A stretch of DNA of 64,000 bases, taken from the NCBI GenBank assembly GCA_000092065.1, contig CP000585.1, one strand, 5' to 3'. Within the stretch, counting starts at the first letter, position 1. Every line of letters starts with the position of its first letter. Shown here piece by piece: positions 59,491-64,000 of this stretch. The notes under the pieces were generated by a model. That model was given only the letters and a program-made list of their open reading frames with translations. It had not been told where the DNA came from and made no database searches. The translations under genes were made by a program, and so were the position numbers. The DNA comes from Ostreococcus lucimarinus. Its lineage: Eukaryota.

Positions 59491-59644
59491 CTGCGTGCGA
59501 GGTAAAACGTAATTCGTTCGTCAGTGTGCGTTCGTCGAGATCGCGTCGTCGTCGCGCACGGCGTCGCATCGAGCGTCATGAGACGTCGTGACCGATGAAA
59601 GACCTAATCACGCAGCCGCGTCTCGGATCGCGCGCGCGACGCAC

Positions 59645-59744
59645 CTTGGTTGAGCCACGTGCGCACGCGGCATTGGCCGTTGATGGTGTTACCCTGCCAA
59701 TCCTTCTTGAAGTGCGCGTTGGGTAATTGGTTGTTGCCCTTCAT
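59645..59744 (-). CDS. RPL13: RPL13 exon 1 (MKGNNQLPNAHFKKDWQGNTINGQCRVRTWLNQ + 1 nt)
   Basis: Matches human [28 protein letters not shown]. The ATG sits in caagATGa context and the exon ends at a GTGCGT donor. Confidence 0.75.
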
Positions 59745-59922
59745 CTTGACGCGTCGGTAAAAGGCGGAGGCTGCACGCGCTCGATCGGGCATGGGCGAAA
59801 ATTCCCAAACCCTCGCGCGCGCGCTCGCGATCGAAGGCAAGGGCGAAGAGTGCGTTTCAAATCTATCATAACAACAACGCGTGCGTGCGAAATGCGAGCA
59901 AATAATGGTTTTGTGTGCGTGA

Positions 59923-62376
59923 CTACGCGGATGCACCGCCGAAAACGTCGCGAATGGCTCGAGCGGCGACGCGCGAACTGAGCCGGCGGGCGAGCTCGGG
60001 GACGATTTCGGTGGCCACGGCGGGCAAGAGTGGTGAGATTTCGTTGAATGCACGCGCGTTGACGCGGGAGGATGCATCGGCAAAGTTGAAATCTCGAACA
60101 TCGAATTGGACTTCGTCACTTCGCTTGCCGCGAAGAAGGAAATTCAAGAGCTTGGTCGTGCTCGCGAGCGTCTCCTTGTCCGCGTTCGTCATCTTCGGTG
60201 ACAGCGGCACGAAGCTCGGGAAACCAGGTAAGAACACGGGGATGCTGGTGTTTTGGAGCCCAAACGCGGTTAAGAGCCGGATGACGTTATCTCGACTCAA
60301 CGCATCGATCCCCTTGACGGCTTCATCGAGTAAGAACTCCCGGAAGAAGGAGCCGTCGGCGGAGAGGACGAATTGCAGCGCGTCGCGCGTCGCCTTTTCC
60401 TCAGCCGTCGCTGGCGCTGGAGCGTTCAGCGCCAAACGCGGGCTCGCCGCTTGTTTCGTCGGGTCACCTTGCGACATCACGCTCGCCGCGCGGAACGTTT
60501 CCAACGCTTCGAGGAGATCAATCATTCTGTCGGCGTCGAAGACTTCTTTTTTGCCGTACACCATGTAACGAAGCGCCTCGCGAAGACGCGGAGAGTCGTC
60601 CGTTAACAATCGCTTAGCGATGTACGGATACGCTTCGTCGACGAGCGCAAACTCAGGGTTGCCCACGAGCGCGATACCCTCCAACACGCCGATGGCTCGA
60701 ATGATGAGCGCAAAGTACGGCGGGATGCGGAACGGGTAATCGAACGTGATTTGCGCCAAGTCCGCCGCCAACTCTTGGAAGTTGATGTTTTTCGCCCCAC
60801 CACCCTCGAGCGCTTGGTCGAACACGCGACCGAGGACGGGTAGGATCGGTCGTAAATCCGTGCCTTCGGGAATGAAATCGAGGGTGACGAAATCCTTCAC
60901 AATGGCTTCGTAGTCACGATGGATGAGATGCGAAATCGCCTCAATCATCCCGTACTTGATGTTGTCGTCGATGTCCGTCATCAGACCAAAATCGAGAATC
61001 GCGAGTCGTCCATCGGGGGTGCGAATCAGGTTTCCAGGATGTGGATCTGCGTGGAAAAACCCGGTGTCTAGCAGTTGCTTCAAGTAGCAAATGACGCCGA
61101 TGTTCACCAAGTCGCCCACGTCGTCCGCCGTGCTCTGCGAAAGTTTTTCACCCTCGAGCCATTCGGAGGTGATGACTTTACGGCGCGTATACTTGGCGAA
61201 AGTCTTAGGAACGACGACTTGCGGCAAATCCTTGGCGATGCTCGCCGCGAATTTGGTTTGATTTTCGCCTTCGAGGTTGTAATCGAGCTCTTCGAAGAAA
61301 CGCGCAGCCCACTCGTCGAGCAAGCCGACGACATCCGTCGTGATGGCGGGAAACCGCTTCAGGAACATTCCAATTTTTCTCAAAACGTACAAATCAACCG
61401 AGACCGTCTCCAACACTGCCGGTCGCTGCACCTTGACGGCGACGATGTCGCCAGTCTCCTTGAGCACGCCTTTGTACACTTGTCCGAGCGACGCCGCGGC
61501 GACGGGTTCGGGGCCGAGCTCGGTGTAGACGTCTTGCCACTTGCATCCGAGTTCATCCTCGAGCGTGGCGAACGCCAATCCGTTATCGAAACTCGGAACC
61601 TTATCGCAAAGCTTTTGCAACTCATTCATCGCCGCCGGGGTCAAAATGTCTGGACGAATGGACAACGCCTGACCCAACTTGATGTACGCCGGTCCGAGCG
61701 ACGTGACGATTTCTCTCAACTGAATCGCCCGCTTCACCGCGTTCTCCTCCACGCTCTTCGTCACGAAATCACTGATGATGCCCGTGATGAAAGAGCCACC
61801 GATCGTGGATAACTGTGCCACGCGCTGCGCCACCGCCGCGGGACGTCTCGACCAATAATTCGCGATGAGCTCTGGGTCGTAATACAACGGCAGCTCGTCC
61901 CCGAGCTCGTCGTTCTTCAATTTGTCCACGTCCACCACCTTCATCCGCACCCCATCCGCGGCGAAATCGCTCGCATCGATGTTCGTTCCTCGCAATCCAG
62001 CCATGAGCACGCTCAAATCCTCATCCTCTTCCATCTGTCTCCGCACGTCGCTCATCTGTTTCTTCATATCCGCCACGGACGACGACGACGACGACGACGA
62101 TTGCGTCGCCCCGCGTCGCCCGCCCTCCGCGCCTTCCCGCGCCGTCTCCACCTCCGGTTCCCGTATCGCTCGCGTTCGCGCGTCTCGCGTCGTCGTCCGT
62201 CTTCCTCGCGCGCCGTCCGCGCCGTCGCGCGTCGCCCCGTCGCCCCGTCCCGCGCGCGTCGACGTCGACGCGCGCGCGCGCGTCTCTCTCGCGCCCGCCG
62301 CGCGCGCGCGTCGCCCGATCGCGCGCGTCGTCGTCGGCGTCGTCGCCATCGTCGTCGACGTCGCCATCGTCGCCAT
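59923..62376 (-). CDS. ABC1/ADCK/UbiB-family atypical kinase (plastoglobule-type ABC1K) with a long transit peptide
   Basis: AAASLGQVYKGVLKETGDIVAVKVQRP...FHADPHPGNLIRTPDGRLAILDFGLMTDI (ABC1 domain). The upstream region is MATMATSTTMATTPTTTRAIGRRARAAG... The track start at 62631 is TTG. The ATG at ~62376 was verified. Confidence 0.85.
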   Translation of the reverse strand: MATMATSTTMATTPTTTRAIGRRARAAGARETRARASTSTRAGRGDGATRDGADGARGRRTTTRDARTRAIREPEVETAREGAEGGRRGATQSSSSSSSSVADMKKQMSDVRRQMEEDEDLSVLMAGLRGTNIDASDFAADGVRMKVVDVDKLKNDELGDELPLYYDPELIANYWSRRPAAVAQRVAQLSTIGGSFITGIISDFVTKSVEENAVKRAIQLREIVTSLGPAYIKLGQALSIRPDILTPAAMNELQKLCDKVPSFDNGLAFATLEDELGCKWQDVYTELGPEPVAAASLGQVYKGVLKETGDIVAVKVQRPAVLETVSVDLYVLRKIGMFLKRFPAITTDVVGLLDEWAARFFEELDYNLEGENQTKFAASIAKDLPQVVVPKTFAKYTRRKVITSEWLEGEKLSQSTADDVGDLVNIGVICYLKQLLDTGFFHADPHPGNLIRTPDGRLAILDFGLMTDIDDNIKYGMIEAISHLIHRDYEAIVKDFVTLDFIPEGTDLRPILPVLGRVFDQALEGGGAKNINFQELAADLAQITFDYPFRIPPYFALIIRAIGVLEGIALVGNPEFALVDEAYPYIAKRLLTDDSPRLREALRYMVYGKKEVFDADRMIDLLEALETFRAASVMSQGDPTKQAASPRLALNAPAPATAEEKATRDALQFVLSADGSFFREFLLDEAVKGIDALSRDNVIRLLTAFGLQNTSIPVFLPGFPSFVPLSPKMTNADKETLASTTKLLNFLLRGKRSDEVQFDVRDFNFADASSRVNARAFNEISPLLPAVATEIVPELARRLSSRVAARAIRDVFGGASA

Positions 62377-62760
62377 CGTCGTCGTCACCGCGTCGTCGTC
62401 GCCCTCGTCGTCGTCGTCGTCGTCGCGCGGTGTGCCGTCGCCGCGGGACCGCGCGACCGCGCGACCGCGGGACCGACGGACGGCGAAGACGCGCGCGCGA
62501 GGCCGGCGCGATGCCGGCGCGGCCTGCGCGTTTACCGTCCGACTGTTTGCGCGTGCGATCGAACGTGGACGAAAATACCGTATTGAAGCGCCCAAAAGCG
62601 CGATGTCGCGCGTCGATCGGCGATCGCGCAATCGCGTCGGTCGACCGCGCGTCCGCCCGACGCGACGCCGGCCGCGTCGGGCGCGTCGGACGCGCGCGCG
62701 CGATTCGACGCGACCGCGACGCGCGCGATTCGACGCCGGGGGGGGGCGTCGAGGCGACGA

Positions 62761-62812
62761 CGCGACCGCGACCGCGACCGCGACGACGACCGCGACCGCG
62801 ACCGCGACCGCG
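62761..62812. repeat. (GACCGC)n microsatellite with one GACGAC interruption
   Basis: cgcgaccgcgaccgcgaccgcgacgacgaccgcgaccgcgaccgcgaccgcgacg, in the spacer between the ABC1K and RSH genes. Confidence 0.85.
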
Positions 62813-63132
62813 ACGCGACGCGACGACGCGCGACCGACGCGCGCGCGATTCGCGTCGCGCGACGCGATTGCGCGAATCGCATCGACCGCTCGAGACGAAA
62901 CGAAACGAAACGACGACGACGCGGTCGCGCGGTCGAAGACGGACGACGGACGACGCCGAACGGTGCGACGAGATCGACGGTCGCGCGTGACGGGGGCTCG
63001 AGATGCGGGCGACGTCGTGCGCCGCGGCGGGCACGAGCGGGACGTCGAGCGAGAGACGCGCGACGGGGACGCGGCGAACGCGAGGAGCGAGTCGAAGGTG
63101 CGGATGCGGGACGACGACGACGAAGACGACGA

Positions 63133-64000
63133 TGCGCCCGCGCACGCCCACGCGCACGCGCGCGGTGGCGCCGAAACCGAACGACGATCCCGAAACCGCC
63201 ACGGGTTGGGAACACATCACGCCAGAGTTTTTGTGGAACACCGAGCTCGCGAGACGGGTTCGGTACTTGGACGAATTCGAGCGCGCGGAGGTGCGAGACG
63301 CGCTGGAAGTGGCGTTCAACGCGCACGATGGACAAGCTCGAAAGAGCGGGGAGCCGTACATCACGCATCCGGTTGCCGTGGCGGCCATCTTGGCGGAGAT
63401 GGAACTCGACCACGAGAGTCTCGTCGCGGGTTTGTTGCACGACACGGTGGAGGACACGGACGCGGTGACGTTTGAATCGCTCGAGAAGCGCTACGGCACC
63501 GCAGTGCGAAGGATCGTCGAGGGTGAGACCAAGGTGAGTAAGGTGAGTTCGTCGCTGAGCAAAGAGTCGCAGCAGATCAACGGAACTTCTGCGGAGGACG
63601 TCAAGTCGGAGGATTTGGCGCAAATGTTTCTCGCCATGACGGAGGAAGTTCGCATCATCATCGTCAAGCTCGCCGATCGCTTGCATAACATGCGCACGCT
63701 GGAAGGTTTGAAGCCGGAGAAGCGAGTGAAGATCGCAAACGAGACGTTACTCGTTTTCGCGCCCCTGGCCAAGCTTCTCGGGATGTACAAGGTTAAGAAT
63801 GAATTGGAGGATTTGTCCTTTCGGTACGCCAACCCGGACGCGTACGCGGAGATGTCGCGACGTTGCGACGAGCTGAGCAAACAGCAAGAGAGTGTGATCC
63901 AAAGGGCAGCGGTCACATTGCAAGAAACAATGCAAGGCGACGATTTCTTGCGCGGGAACACGGTGGGTGTGACGATTCAAGCCAAGGCTAAAGAGTTGTA
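63133..64000 (+). CDS. RelA/SpoT homolog (RSH) (p)ppGpp hydrolase/synthetase, 5' part (HD domain), truncated by the window end
   Basis: Frame +1 relative to 63475-ending ORF reads MRPRTPTRTRAVAPKPNDDPETATGWEHITPEFLWNTELARRVRYLDEFERAEVRDALEVAFNAHDGQARKSGEPYITHPVAVAAILAEMELDHESLVAGLLHDTVEDTD...KLADRLHNMRTL..., the canonical HD-domain motifs (HD...EDT, DRLHNMRT). It is absent from the ORF track because it has no stop in the window. 63133 is the first ATG, but the frame stays open for >300 nt upstream (R/D/T-rich), so the true start may lie 5' of it or be spliced. Confidence 0.8.

Overview
This 64 kb window is high-GC (~65%) eukaryotic nuclear DNA, not a prokaryotic locus. It is very compact, with about 40 protein-coding genes on both strands and intergenic spacers that are often under 150 bp. 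The character is that of a Mamiellophyceae (Micromonas-type) green alga. Evidence for this is nuclear genes for plastid proteins (psbR, ClpB, G6PD, ABC1 kinase, RelA/SpoT homolog) and a flagellar enkurin-domain protein, both seen here, plus the expected TGTAA poly(A) signals downstream of stops (established for chlorophyte algae). The short intron architecture (below) is an observation from this window, not a lineage marker.

Most genes appear intronless. A minority carry short introns of 79-175 nt with a conserved GTRCGT donor, an ACTGAC branch point about 30 nt upstream of a YAG acceptor. These are RPL13, psbR, a presequence-bearing membrane protein gene and probably SLC35B.

Recognisable products include a BET-type bromodomain protein, a TPR-DnaJ co-chaperone, G6PD, a quinone oxidoreductase, an ankyrin/coiled-coil protein and a GATA-type factor. 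There is also a 2.45k-residue Piezo homolog and a TMEM120/TACAN homolog. Others are a GT4 glycosyltransferase, ClpB, a thioredoxin, an inositol monophosphatase, a PDI-C-type protein, an ACOT-type thioesterase and two SLC35 transporters. The window also holds a PHT4-type MFS transporter, a rubredoxin, mitochondrial EF-Tu, a MATE transporter, a rhodanese, an ABC1 kinase and the 5' part of an RSH gene that runs off the window end.

I found no rRNA, tRNA, CRISPR or transposon. Repeats are limited to microsatellites, a 94-bp x3 minisatellite in a bidirectional promoter, and a perfect 16-bp-stem hairpin inside an RPL13 intron.

The ORF track prints GTG/TTG/CTG starts as M. Where I could verify it I trimmed CDS starts to the first in-frame ATG. 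Hand-derived coordinates may be off by 1-2 nt. Many long overlapping ORFs in the track are artefacts of the GC richness and are not reported.
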